DNA of 64,000 nt from Trichosphaerium sp. ATCC 40318 (lineage: Eukaryota > Protista > Tubulinea), in contig JALMLS010000056.1 in assembly GCA_038496445.1 (NCBI GenBank), positions 1 to 64,000 on the forward strand, read 5' to 3'. The notes below the pieces were generated by a model. The model searched no databases, was not told the origin of the DNA, and worked only from the letters and a program-made list of their open reading frames with translations. Below, piece by piece: positions 12,594-24,778 of the stretch. Made by a program: the position numbers and the translations under genes. The first letter of the stretch is position 1, and each line of letters begins with the position of its first letter.

Positions 12594-14442
12594 TCATAAT
12601 TTGTCAATCCAAATTGGATTTAAACATCTCCTCTGAATGTTTGTACTTAACCTTGTTAGTGCAACCCGCAAGAGGAGTATTTTTTTTCAGATGTCAACTC
12701 ACGCGTATGTTGTAACATACAGTTCGTTTTATTAGTAATTTTCGAAACAACAAAATTGATGCAGGGTGAGTGATACTGGACCATCTTGTTGCAGGTATTT
12801 TTTTTATGCAAATGGATTTACAACAGGCTGGAAATCTACCTTGGTGCTGTCTAGAATTTTAATTTGCTCTTGTGGACCTACAAGCATACGTTTACTTCCT
12901 CCTCCAGATTTCCTCAAATTTCCCTAACAAAAAGCATGTGTGAGCAACACTAAACAAACTCTTTCGTACCCTCATTGGAGACTTTCTGCTCTTTGAAGGA
13001 GATCCACTTGAACTCAAAACAGAGATAGACGCACTTCTACGTCTTACTACAGGTGCTGGACCACCTGTCATACCAAACATAAGGCTAAATATAACCGTCT
13101 GACTACTCTCAGACAAGTGGCCAAACTTGGCTGTAGTAGAGGATCCTAACAAAAAACAATCAACAAATCAGCTCGTAAAAAAGACATTCAACTCTTTTTA
13201 CAACTCGTTGTGCGCTTAATAATAGCGCACAGAGTGATATAATTAGAGAAGGTGTTATTCTTTTTCGTACCAGTCAATACCCACGTTTCAGTTGCAATGA
13301 AGCATTCTGTTATTCTTGTCATGAGTACAGTATGTAAAGTAATATAAGGGTGCTCATTTAATTTAGCTTTACGAATAATAATATCTTTAGCCATAAAATC
13401 CTGGCTTTTGATATCAAAGTCACTTAGGACACCTGCTTCAACAAGTTTTTGAAGTAGCTCTCTAAAAGTAAAACAATCAACAACCAGAAATCCACAAAAA
13501 AGAACCAGAAAACAGAAATCCACATAAAAGCACAAATCCAGAAAAAAAAATCCTGTGTACTGAGTTGTTGGCAATCAAAGAAAAAATAACTTACGTTATA
13601 TTCTCTATTATAACGAGTGGTACGGGCCTCGTAATTGTAAGATGATACTCTACACCCTTTGCCGAAACAGAAGAGCTCCAAAGAGTGACACCAATACAAG
13701 TACCAGCAAACTCTACTTTACGTGCTCCTCGTGACATCTTCAGGCTCTTTAATCTTTTATAAACAAAGTAGGAATTAGATGGATACATCGGGTTTTTTGG
13801 AGTTGAACACAGTTTTAGATTCGAATATTCTGAAAACAACAATAAAGACGTTGTTTTCGTGACATTTTTGGACACCTTTGAATCTTCTTCTTTCTTATTT
13901 TACTAAACCAGGAACTTTACGTACCGTTCGCTTGGATTGAACATAAGTATTACGCGTAGGGACGCACTGCACTGCCGAGTGTCTTCACTCGTTACTGGCT
14001 TTAGTTTTAGCGTTTTCTCGATTTGAGTATGCCAAGCTAGTTTCTTTACTTTTATAACACCCTCAGCGTAAAGAGTCTTTTTTTTCGAGTCCTGACATAA
14101 AAGTCAAACAAAAATAGCTTATTGTAAGGACAAACAAGCACAGTTAGAATATATACGCACCCAAACGGATATATAAAGGTCTGTGTCACTAGAGTTACAT
14201 TTTACTCTTATTCGCTCCCCTTGCCAGTCTGGGTTCCACGTCTAGTAATTATTCTGTTTTAGAGCATGTTGGGAGCGATAAGTGCGCTTTGTCGTTACCT
14301 TTTTGGCCTTACTCTTCACAGGCACGTTTAAATCAGTGCAAACACCCTGCACGTAAATACTAGGCGTATAAACGTTATAGTCTGGGTTAAGACCATTTGC
14401 TTCAAACAAACGAACGTCTAGTGTTGCGTATTGCCCTGACAT
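12594..14442 (-). CDS. C2-domain protein, remainder unrecognised
   Basis: N-terminus LDVRLFEANGL...IYVQG...TWNPDW..ERIRV...DLYISVW/DSKKK..YAEGVI...LRVILMF fits a C2 fold. Downstream exons splice in frame to a TGA at 12594. Confidence 0.7.
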
Positions 14443-14818
14443 TATAACTATGCGTTTGCCACGCTTTGAATAAAGTCAAACAATAGTCACAATCTATTTA
14501 AATGTTTTTTATCAAAACCAAAATAGTGCCTACGCAGCCACAACCATGTTAAGTCCGACAAATTGCTTTATAGACCAAAAACGCCACCTTTGTGCGTTCC
14601 TACGCTCGCTCCAGCCCTTTGGTCCGGGATTCATGAAATAAGCGAAATTTGTAGGCTGTGTGAGACCTTTAAGTATGAATCTAATCCAACACACCGTGTC
14701 CGAACAGTAGGAACGTAGTTGGGATAGCGGATGCAGGCCAAAATCACATTCTCACCAATCTCATTGAATACATTTGTTTGAAGAAAGCAGTATGACCGGC
14801 TAATGCTCCCACCCAGAG

Positions 14819-17800
14819 ATGCAGTTCTCACTGATATTTTTATGTTTATTATTACCTGCAGCATACGGCTTTATTGCTGCTGAAGACAGAGAAGTTATTA
14901 GGGATTTTATTAATGCTTGGCAAAATGTCCCAGTTGAATGGCAGGAAAGCGATATTGATAACGCCTGTGAATGGTCAGGTATCTTATGTGTTCCAACCGG
15001 ACATGTTGTGACGTTGTACGTTGTTTGGCGTGTCATTATCTTTTATTGTTTATTATACAAATACCTCCCTTATCACCTACTACGCGGGGTTGAGGGCGCA
15101 TTCGCGCGACGAATAATTAATGAAAAACAATATTTAGGAGCTTAAACAATCAAGGCCTCGTTGGTGTATTACCAGCTTCTATAAGTGATTTAACGCATTT
15201 GTTCATGATGTATGTAAATTAAACCCAACACAAAAAAAAAATAAGGCCCACGTGAAAACGAGACGTGCAAAACATAAAACAAGTTTATTGGCATCTAAAA
15301 CTGATATTAACGTAGTAATTTATCGGGAAACCGGCTGCACGGACCTATCCCACCAGAAGTTATCAACCTAACACAGCTCATAGTACTGTACGGTTTTAGA
15401 TGGTAATATGTGGTGGGTAGCTGACGCGATATTTAGTGATTTGGGAGACAATGCATTTACGGGCCAGATACCATCTATGCTTGGTCATATGCATTTACAA
15501 GCACTGTACGACTACTAGGGATGACAATCAATTACAATATTTATTTTTTTCTCGGTTTGTAGATACTTAAACAATAATCAATTGGATGGAGGGATACCAA
15601 GCACTCTCTTTACTCCGAATTCTAGCCTAGTTATTGTGTACGTTCAAATGCAACTAGCGCCGCCCAGAAGTAAATAATACGTTAATAAATCTATTTGTAG
15701 GCAGCTACAGGACAACAACTTATCTGGTAAAGTTCCTCCTTCCATAGCTCATAATTCTGGTCTGCGAAGCATGTAAGTACTTACCTAAATGATAAGCATC
15801 ATCAATGCCATTGTACTGTATTTCTTACGCATATCAAGATTTCTAGAGAACAATGTACAATTATCTGGATGTTTTCCTGGCATAGAAGAAGAGACCTTGC
15901 GAGGATGGTAATACTTTGCTGAAGCTAATCTACAAAAAAAAAAATTGTCCCAGAAATCCTTTTTCTTTCTATTTCTATAAACATACACCAAACAGCAATA
16001 CTATTGCGTACAAACAAGTACTTATTTCCGATAAACAAGAAACAGCCTTTTGGGTTATTTATTTCTTGTTTGTTGTCAAACACGTTCTTGCGGTAGAAAC
16101 CCAGTATTTATAAACGCCGATAAACAAACTACACTATTTATTTCCCCGATCAAAATAAAAACTCTATTTTTGTAGCGATCTTACTGGCACTTCCATAACG
16201 TGTTCTGGTGAAGAATGTGACTGCATTCCGCAAAGATGTTTCTCAAAAGGATGTCAGCGTGGTGCGTAATAACCAAAACAAGAAAAACAAAAAAAAGAAG
16301 AACTTACATTGACAAGGTGATAGTACTTCCGCAAAGATCTGCGGTATTGACGAACCAGTTTTTTTCGATATGACACCCACAGAGGCATCTACAAGTAATA
16401 AACACAACGAGTAAACACTGGGAGTTTACTTGCTTACTTTTTTTTGTAGCAAGCGCGCCAACGTTATCACCAACATTAGTTCCTATTACAACCACACCTC
16501 CACCTATGGACGCACCAACTGATGCCCCAACGGAAGCACCAACGGATGCGCCAACGGAAGCACCAACGGATGCGCCAACGGATGCACCAACAGACACCCC
16601 AACTGATGCGCCAACGGACGCACCAACGGATGCACCAACAGATGTGCCTACAGCAGAACCAACGAGCTCTCCTACAGAAGTTCCAACAGCGCCACCAACG
16701 TTGCAGCCGACTGACTCACCCACAACACCACCAACGGAAGCACCTACTAATGAGCCAACTGACGCACCAACAAATCCACCCACGGAAGCACCTACTAATG
16801 AGCCAACTGAAGCACCTACAGATAGTCCTACAGAAGTACCTACGCCAGAACCAACTGTTACCCCAACACAATCACCTACAGAGGTGCCAACAGTAGCCCC
16901 AACAGAAGCTCCCACCGAAGCTCCAACAAGTACGCCAACAACAAAAACAAAGCCAGCTAACACATTACAAGACGAACCAACTGAAGCGCCTACAGACAGT
17001 CCTACTGAAACTCCTACACCAGAACCAACTGAAACGCCAACGGCTCCACCCACGAATACTCCCACAACATTGGTTCCTACAAATTCACCGACACTACCTC
17101 CAACAGTCGCACCAACAACTGAAACACCAACTACAGATACGCCAACATCAAGTCCAACAGTTGCTCCAACAAGTCCCCCAACACGTATTGGTAACGGCGG
17201 AGGAGGATTACCACCAAACTTCACATTACCACCATTTGGTTTACCTCCAACAAGTACACAACCGATTTTCTTTTTCTTCAAATTTCCTTCAGAGATCTTA
17301 ACCATTTTCTCTTTTTTTTGTAGATGCCCCATCCACTGCACCACCAACTGAGGAATCGCCTCCTTCAACCAACCCACCAACTACTCAACCACCCACAAAT
17401 CAACCTACTACGGAATCACCAACAACGGTTGTACCTGCTACAAGATCTCCTATAGATCCAAAGGATCCGCCACCATTTAGCTTGCCTCCGTTACCACCTT
17501 TTCCAACATTGCCACCTTCTCTACAGCCCTCTGTCCCTCCGATTCCAAACCCCACAACAGAACCAACAACAGCAGCTCCCACGGAAGCTCCTAAACCACC
17601 TGTTCCAACACCTGTTCCAACACCTACGCCATCAACTCCAATAGCTACTGAAGCACCTACAATCAAACAAGAACCTTCAGATTCACCAACAAGGACTTTG
17701 AGTCCTACACCTACTCCACCCTCAATCATCGCACCAGCTCCTAGTAGCATTCAAGTAAGTTATTTACTCAATACAAAGGATATTAAAACAATCATTAGCC

Positions 17801-18350
17801 CATCAATAATCATACAGTATCAGGAGAGATTGGAACTCCCAAGAAATTCGCTGTTTTTTGGATTTATGTTGGCATTGGAGCATTTATTATTGTTGTTGCG
17901 ATAACCTTGGTTGCACTGGCGATATATTACAGGCAGAGAAGCATACAAAGAAAAGCAAAACTCGAAGACGGCACGTGACAAATTTTTTTTTCTGAAAATT
18001 CCATCACACAAAACACGTGTTTTAGTACTTTTGAATCTTTTTTTATTAATATTAACTTTGTATCACGTGATTAGATAGAAGACGTACAATGGAGAGAAGA
18101 AGAACTGAGTTTATTAAACAACATGAGGCGGGTGTTCAGTTCAAGTTACCGGTCACCTTGACGGAAGAGGAAGGTGGGAAGTTGTTTGTATCAAGTCAAT
18201 TCGTAAATCATCTGGTTGACAGTACAGACACTTGATTATCTGATGCTCTTGAATAGGTAAGTTGTTGAAGACCACTTTGTAACTTTTTTTTTTGACTTTT
18301 TGTTTTGTAGAATTTTATACCGGTTGTATAACACCGAAACTGTACTATAA
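14819..18350 (+). CDS. Type I membrane receptor-like protein: signal peptide, plant-type LRR ectodomain, Cys cap, Pro/Thr mucin stalk, TM helix, short cytoplasmic tail (no kinase)
   Basis: Signal MQFSLIFLCLLLPAAYG; LRRNT ACEWSGILC; LRRs such as LSGNRLHGPIP, LGDNAFTGQIP, LNNNQLDGGIP, LQDNNLSGKVP; (PT[DE]A)n stalk; TM FAVFWIYVGIGAFIIVVAITLVALAIYY followed by RQR. Confidence 0.88.
16506..17200 (+). repeat. Coding 12-bp minisatellite encoding (PTDA/PTEA)n
   Basis: Tandem CCAACGGA(T/A)GC(A/G)-type units, most regular at 16510-16645 and degenerating downstream. Confidence 0.9.
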
Positions 18351-18749
18351 GTGTATGTATATATATGCGCCAACCATATGTTGTAAGTTTAATAAATTGA
18401 CCTCAATGAGTGATCGTTAAAAAGTGCTTGCTGTTCATCTTTTCCAAGACACTCAAGACAAACCGTGTATCAAAAACACAAGTCTCCTTCCTTCAGTTTC
18501 AGGTGTAAAACACAGCTATATTGTCTGTTACATGCCCTACTCGATATGAATTTCTAGCTGCCAAACAACTAACAAGGGAAAAACAAACTGCGTTTGTGTC
18601 GCAAATGTCTCTGCACATTAATACGCACTTTCAAAAGCGGAAAAAATAGGGCAACCCGGAAAGAATAGGATGTAATTATATTACAGCTGTATGTTTACTG
18701 TTGATGTAATTAGGTACTTCTAATTGCCCACTGTTGTTCTAGCTGGTGA

Positions 18750-19572
18750 TTATCTTGTTATTTGTCTAACTACTAAATGACCATTGTCCCAACTCTTGTA
18801 TTCTCCATGTAGTTTTCCATTGACATAGTTGCTCTGAACCCACAATTGACCATTTTCATGCCACCTCTTGAAGATCCCTTCTCGTTTACCATTAGCGTAA
18901 CTGGTCTGCTCCCACAATTGGCCATCATAATACCACCTCTTGTACTCTCCATGTAGTTTTTCATTGACATAGTTGCTCTGAACCCACAATTGGCCATTTT
19001 CATGCCACCTCTTGAGGATCCCTTTTCGTTTACCATTAGCGTAACTGGTCTGCTCCCACAATTGGCCATTATCATACCACCTCTTGTACTCGCCTTCTCG
19101 TTTGCCATCGATATAATTAACCTGCTGCTTCAATTGTCCATTTTCATACCACTTCTTGTATTCTCCATGTTGTTTACCATTGACATAATTACATTGTAAA
19201 CTCAGTTGGCCATTTGAATACCAAATCTTGCATTCACCATGCTCTTTTCCATGTTCCCAATACTGTCTACAAACCAATTGGTTTATTCTACTCTGCCATT
19301 TTCCATGTTTGTTCATCTTATCATCGTACCTTGTCATCATTGCCGCCTGTTTCGAAAGAAGCGGCCAAATTAAATACAGTGACGTGTCTAAATCGATAAT
19401 ATCAAGTTGAATCTCCACTGGAAGGCATAAAAGATGGCAATCATTTGATTGTAAAGTAAATCCCTATTAGTAATTAGATCCTTAATTTGATGATTAAGTA
19501 TGTTAATACCTTGGATGGGCCAGTGTTGGTATATGTCAGTATTCTGGATACAATATCAACAAAAGAAATCAT
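18750..19572 (-). CDS. F-box-like plus MORN-variant (YwqK-like) repeat protein
   Basis: Short 5' exon MISFVDIVSRILTYTNTGPSK, a 46-nt GT-AG intron (19464-19509), then LLCLPVEIQLDII (F-box-like start) and about 7 repeats of GEYKxWYxNGQLxxQxNYxNGKxx in one long exon. A near-identical 144-bp duplication lies at about 18800-19090. Confidence 0.8.
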
Positions 19573-19800
19573 GTTGCTGACTTGTGGTAAAGTCAACAAC
19601 CACGCGAAACAAAATAATGTATGGAACTACCAATGGTCAACGCAATTTCATGATAAATGGTCAACGACGTATGACATTACAATTACTTTACATTTCAAAA
19701 ATTTGGAATGTATTTCGAAGAATCACGTGTCTTTTTTTTTTTTCAAACGTTCTTGTTTTATTTACATTGTACAATCGCATTATAATACGAGATAACTTAA

Positions 19801-22800
19801 CTACTTATATGATTGTTCCTTAGCTGTATCAACTTTTGCCCAAGCAATATCAAGATTCTTTATAGTAGCTTCAAAACGTGCACTACGTTTTGGAGCAACC
19901 TTGGCTTTACTATCAAGAAAATCAAGAACCTTTAGAAAAAAAACCAGTCAGCAAAAATGTTCAACGTGAAAAGGGTTTTGTTACCTTCTTGGTTGGTTCT
20001 GGTTTTGCATGTTTTAATACTGCTTTAACCTGTACTACAGATAATGTAGGACATATATCAAATAGAACATCTCCTTCAGTAAGAATAGAAAAGTCACCCA
20101 AAGACAGTAACGTCGTTGCATTAACAAGAGGTTCAAAACGTGACCTAAAGATGAAAAAAAAATTAGAAAGATGACTTAACCACAACAACAAAAAATCATG
20201 AATCATCAAAATAAAGCATTAAATCATAGCGTTTATATCAAGAGAGAATAATCAAAAAAAAAAAATCTTGGCAAAGGTTGGTCCAACATGTTACAAAGAG
20301 AAAGTACGTACCTGATGTCTTTTAAAAAAATATCATTAATGATATCTTCGAGTTGTCTTGTCCCCATTTTTAACGCTAATGCGTTACCACAAGTACATAG
20401 ATCAGCACTTGTTAATAATGAATTAAATAACTTTGCATTTATATAAGTGAATGCTTGTGCAAAGGCCTTGTGGATGATTATTTTGTATATTTTGTGTTTT
20501 TTCAAAAGCGCAAGAAAACTTCTAACTGTTATGATGACATGTGACACAGCCATCTCATTTGCTGTCCCTGTTTGGTTGGAACTATAGACAGTGCATTAGT
20601 GGCGGTAAAAGATCAATAAAGAAGCAGAATGAAAGGCAAGCAGACAGCAAAAAAAAGCAAAATGAATACAGCACCCTACGTTCCCTGGTCCTCACGGACC
20701 CAAGTACTGGCAGGGCCATACCATGCTTATCTTCGCGGTTCGGAAAGAGACACGGAGTTTTCATGGTTGTATGGCCGTATCCATTATTGAACAAGATATT
20801 TTTGAAAGTGGTTTGGTCGAAAAACAAAAAGCTGAGAGCTTTGCAGCGAAAAACAAGAAAATCAATAAAAAAACACTACAACTTACCCAGTCATAAAACT
20901 GTCCAAAAATCCATCCAAACGCTATTTGTTGTTAGTTTGTTACTTTAAAAATAATAGTTCCAAACAAGTACCCGTTGAAGGTTACGTAGTATCGTTTTAT
21001 ACAATAAATCAATGGCCTTATTTAACTTATCCTCAAGATGCGGTAACTGAGATACCATATGTACTAATGCGCTTAACCAATACACAGAACAGTCATCAGA
21101 AGCGCCAACCTAAAAACAAACACATTTACAAAGAGGAACAGGATGTGAAAGTCGAAAAAAACCAAAAAAGTTTCATGACATACATCACTTGTAATGCTGG
21201 CAACAGCAATTGACATCGAATCTACAAACATATTTTGTAGCCTTGAATCACCTCCTAGAGTACTATAGTACTCTAGAAGCTTTTTACTAGCAAGAGGGAT
21301 ACTACCAGCCACCTCATTAGTAGGTTTTGTGCCAGTAAACCGTCTCTTTGGTGATACAACTCTAGAATCCGTGTACGCTTAAAGAAAAAACTTTGATAAG
21401 CACATATTCACACTTTGTAAGACGTACTTCGTCTACCCTGGTATACAGTAGTAACAAGTAACTTCATAAGCGCAAATTCATCAGATACTTTTGTTAATTG
21501 GCCCTCCAGAACTTGTTTTTCTTCAGTTAAAGTGTTAACTTTATCTTTGTAATCTCGTAATTCTGCCTCATGTTTTGATAAAGTACTCCCTTCCTTTTTT
21601 TGTGTACCACCATTAAGCTCCTGTTGTGCTTGTCTAAACGGATCTAATGGTGTACTAGAACTTCCTTTTGGTGTAGATGGAGTGAATGCTATAGAAGGTG
21701 TGGGTGCTGAATCACCTGCTTCGCCTTAAGCAAAAATAATCAGAAATTGTAACACTAAAGAGAAGAAGTGACTTACTCTCTGATTGACCTTCTAGAAGTT
21801 CATCACTGAACCTTACATCACGTGGAGATATTGCATCTGCGTCACTTGGCTCTTCACCAGCTATAACCTTCTGTAGAGATGCATTTTTTCGTTTAAGTTG
21901 TTGAATCTCCATTTTGTATTTTGTAACCATAATGCTTGAATCATTGACTTGTTTGCTTTGTATACGTATCTGAGAATCCTTTACAAGTATCTCTTCCTCC
22001 AGCAACTTAATCTTAGCCTTTAAAGGCCCATTACGCACTGCACAATGAGTTAATTTATACAAGCTAAAACCAGGTTCAAAGCGAACCTGACAAGACCCCA
22101 GTAGAGCGTGGTGTAACACTGAATGGGTCAACAGTCTCCTCAGATTGGTCTTGAGCGAACACTGAATCAGCAAACTCATCCGACATGTAACCATCAGGTT
22201 CATCGTAAGTAGTGTTCTCAGATAAATCGGGATCTGTTTTAGCTAAATAGAATCGTCCATCAACCTCAACAACTTTTTGTGTTGCCTTGAAAAAAAAATT
22301 GAGTCAGAAATCAAGAAATCATTTTTGTTGTGTTTTCTCTGTACTTCTTTGGCCATATTAGGGCTTAGTTCTGATAATATCTTTTGACCGTTTAGTTTGA
22401 GATACTGTGTATTTATTAAGAGCTAGATTTAATCGAGTGTCAGTAAAAGAATGTAGCGGGAATTTTTTTGAAAGGGGTACCAAAAGTTTCATTTTTGTTT
22501 TTGATCTTTTCTTCATTATTGGTATTTCTCTGACTTCTGTTCCGTTATCTGTCATGTATTTCGATAGCGAGACAACTAAAAAAAAATAACGTTATTTTTT
22601 TGACAGGTTTGTTTGTTAATAAAAGGCACGTGAGGCTGTATAAATAAAAAATCGCTAACGAATGCTCGAAAAAGCCGATTGGGAACGAATATAATTTTCA
22701 ATAAAAGATGGTGTCATTTGGCGTTTACCTGCTTTACCAGCGTCCTTCTTTGCTTTAGAACCGCCTCCAAGCGATATCTACGAAGGTTTTTTGTTTATAA

Positions 22801-23201
22801 TAAAAACGCGTAATAACTTTGCTTGTAGCACGTACTGACTTTAAAGAGAACGATATCATTTTGTTCGTGTACTTGCCAGTGTCATCACGCAAAAAAGTAC
22901 TTGAAAGTACTATCTTTTCCTCCCATAGCAGTTCACCGTTTTTCGCTAGCGTACGCTTCGTTGTACCTGCTACAATTAACGTGGAAATAAAAATAATACT
23001 ATTACCCGCGTTACGCCTCCCTCGCTTCCATGCAATAGAGTATGGCTGTCCATTATTCGCCAAAGGGACATTTATAACTTTTTTGATCCAAATTTGAAAC
23101 TGTACTTTGCTTGAATCTTTACTACCCTTTCCACCACTTCCTGGGCCAGCACGGGACTTTTGTGGCGATGTCATTTTGGCTCTGTGCTTGTTGGCTGCCA
23201 T
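19801..23201 (-). CDS. NT-C2 (EEIG1/EHBP1-type) plus coiled-coil plus Dilute (DIL) domain protein
   Basis: NT-C2: FQIWIKKVINVP...IAWKRGRRNA/GTTK...LLWEEKIVLSSTF...KMISFSLK. Coiled coil near 21850-22020. DIL: AQAFTYINAKLFNSLLTSADLCTCGNALALKMG. Confidence 0.8.
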
Positions 23202-23272
23202 GATATACGTTACCTCGACAGAGCTCGTGTGATTGTATAACCAATGGCCGGTGTTTATGCAAGAGTGGTCAG
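23202..23272. promoter_or_regulatory. Compact putative bidirectional promoter containing CCAAT
   Basis: 71 bp between divergent ATGs at 23201 (-) and 23273 (+); CCAAT at 23241. Confidence 0.45.
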
Positions 23273-24392
23273 ATGACGTCAAAAGTTTCACAAAGCTTAT
23301 TCGCTTACAACCCATACAACATGAAAAAGAACGTTTCCGACGCATTAGCTAAAGCAATCGCGTACGTTTGCGACAGTAATACATAATTTAACGGCCTGAT
23401 TTAGAGACCACGAAGAGGATGAAGTAGAAGACAGCGACGATGACTGGGGTGACGACGATGACGGCGCAGCTGAAGATTACGGTGCATCGATAGAATCGCT
23501 TACAAGGGCTCAATTGCTTAACTTTTACCGTGGGCAAGGCCAAGACATCAAAGGAAGGCGAGTATAAAACAATTTGTAGTTAATTCTACAATTTTGTACC
23601 AGTAGTCACTTCTAACATTGTAATAGAACCATAGAGCAAATATGGCAATGGTCTTATTCAGTTTACGAATCCGATAAAACATATTTAACGTGGTTATTCC
23701 CTTTGGATAGTGCCGACGCCGACAACGTTGATGCACCAGTGCTAACGGGTACGATCTCTAAACTGACACGCCTTATGACATAACAACTAACCTAAAAACG
23801 CGCAGCTGATACTGTAATGCAGTTTAAAGCCGACACGAACATTGCAGCAAACTTTAGAGAGAGCCTTGTTTGTGTTTTGGGATTTTACGGTTTAATGTTC
23901 GACAGTGCAGGTAAAACTATAATAATGAACCCTGATGAGTTCTCTGGTAGAAGGTACTTCTTCTTTTTACATTTTTTGCAACGGACAGGTTGGTCTTTTT
24001 GTGACGTCATCACAAGGTCACCTTGTCTTTTAATTTACGTTCACAAAATCAACAAGAGGTTTTACATCATGTCAAAGTTGTTTTCATTTTGTTGGTTAAA
24101 ACCATAAAGTTTGTTGTTGGCTATATATTTACTCATACATCATAGAGATAAATGGCTCATTGCTGGAAACCATAACTATCGTCGTATAGTTCGTATCTTA
24201 CAAAGTTGTAAACTACTTGGTCTTGAAAAGGAAGCAGTAATGTTTTGCGATTTACTTTGCGGTATGAGAAAAAAAAAATATCAAAATGAAATTTTTAGCT
24301 AAGTTACACTCTGTTTAGGTGAATTGTTCAAGAAATTTGAAGGGCGTATAAATAAGGCTGACGTCGCTGTATGGAAGAGCTCATTGGCATAG
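23273..24392 (+). CDS. Opioid growth factor receptor (OGFr) conserved-domain protein with an acidic N-terminal stretch
   Basis: LLNFYRGQGQDIKGR/TIEQIWQW...YLTWLFPLD...APVLT...LGFYGL...WLIAGNHNYRRIVRILQSCKLLG; needs the GC-AG intron 23558-23626. Confidence 0.85.
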
Positions 24393-24564
24393 ATATCTTA
24401 TAAGAAATCAAAGCAATAAGTAACAGAAAAATCACAAAGACAAACCTACAATAAAACTACTTTGATGTAAACCTGTAGAGCACTTAATTTCGTGAACACA
24501 AATTATTGGACAAAGTGAACTTTACCTTAACGTTACAAAGAGCCATTTAGTCACTGTTGATTAG

Positions 24565-24658
24565 AAACTGCTCAGTAGTCGGGCAGATTGGATTGCTTGT
24601 TTTTGATGAAGCACATCGTGCACGGAAGGCTTATGCTTATTGTGATGTTTTGAAAAAA
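24565..24658 (+). pseudogene. Orphan exon fragment of a FANCM/Mph1/Hef-like SF2 helicase (motif II)
   Basis: Translates NCSVVGQIGLLVFDEAHRARKAYAYCDVLKK and is bounded by AG and GT; no other helicase motif nearby. Confidence 0.6.
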
Positions 24659-24778
24659 GTAAAGTAGACAGTATTAGTTCTACGAGTATGAGATAATTTT
24701 ATTTACAACTTGCTTTTTATAAACACCTACATTCTATTTCGTTGATTGATATACAACTATGTTTTCTGTATTTTATAC

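Noticed and set aside
14528-14656. 5S rRNA-like ends (GCCTAC...GTAGGC, about 129 nt apart)
   Set aside because: The interior lacks the conserved 5S motifs (CGATCTCG, TTAGTACT).
16304-17750. Long minus-strand ORFs rich in Val/Gly/Ser (358 aa and 116 aa)
   Set aside because: Antisense shadows of the Pro/Thr stalk codons; the plus strand carries the signal peptide, LRRs and TM helix.
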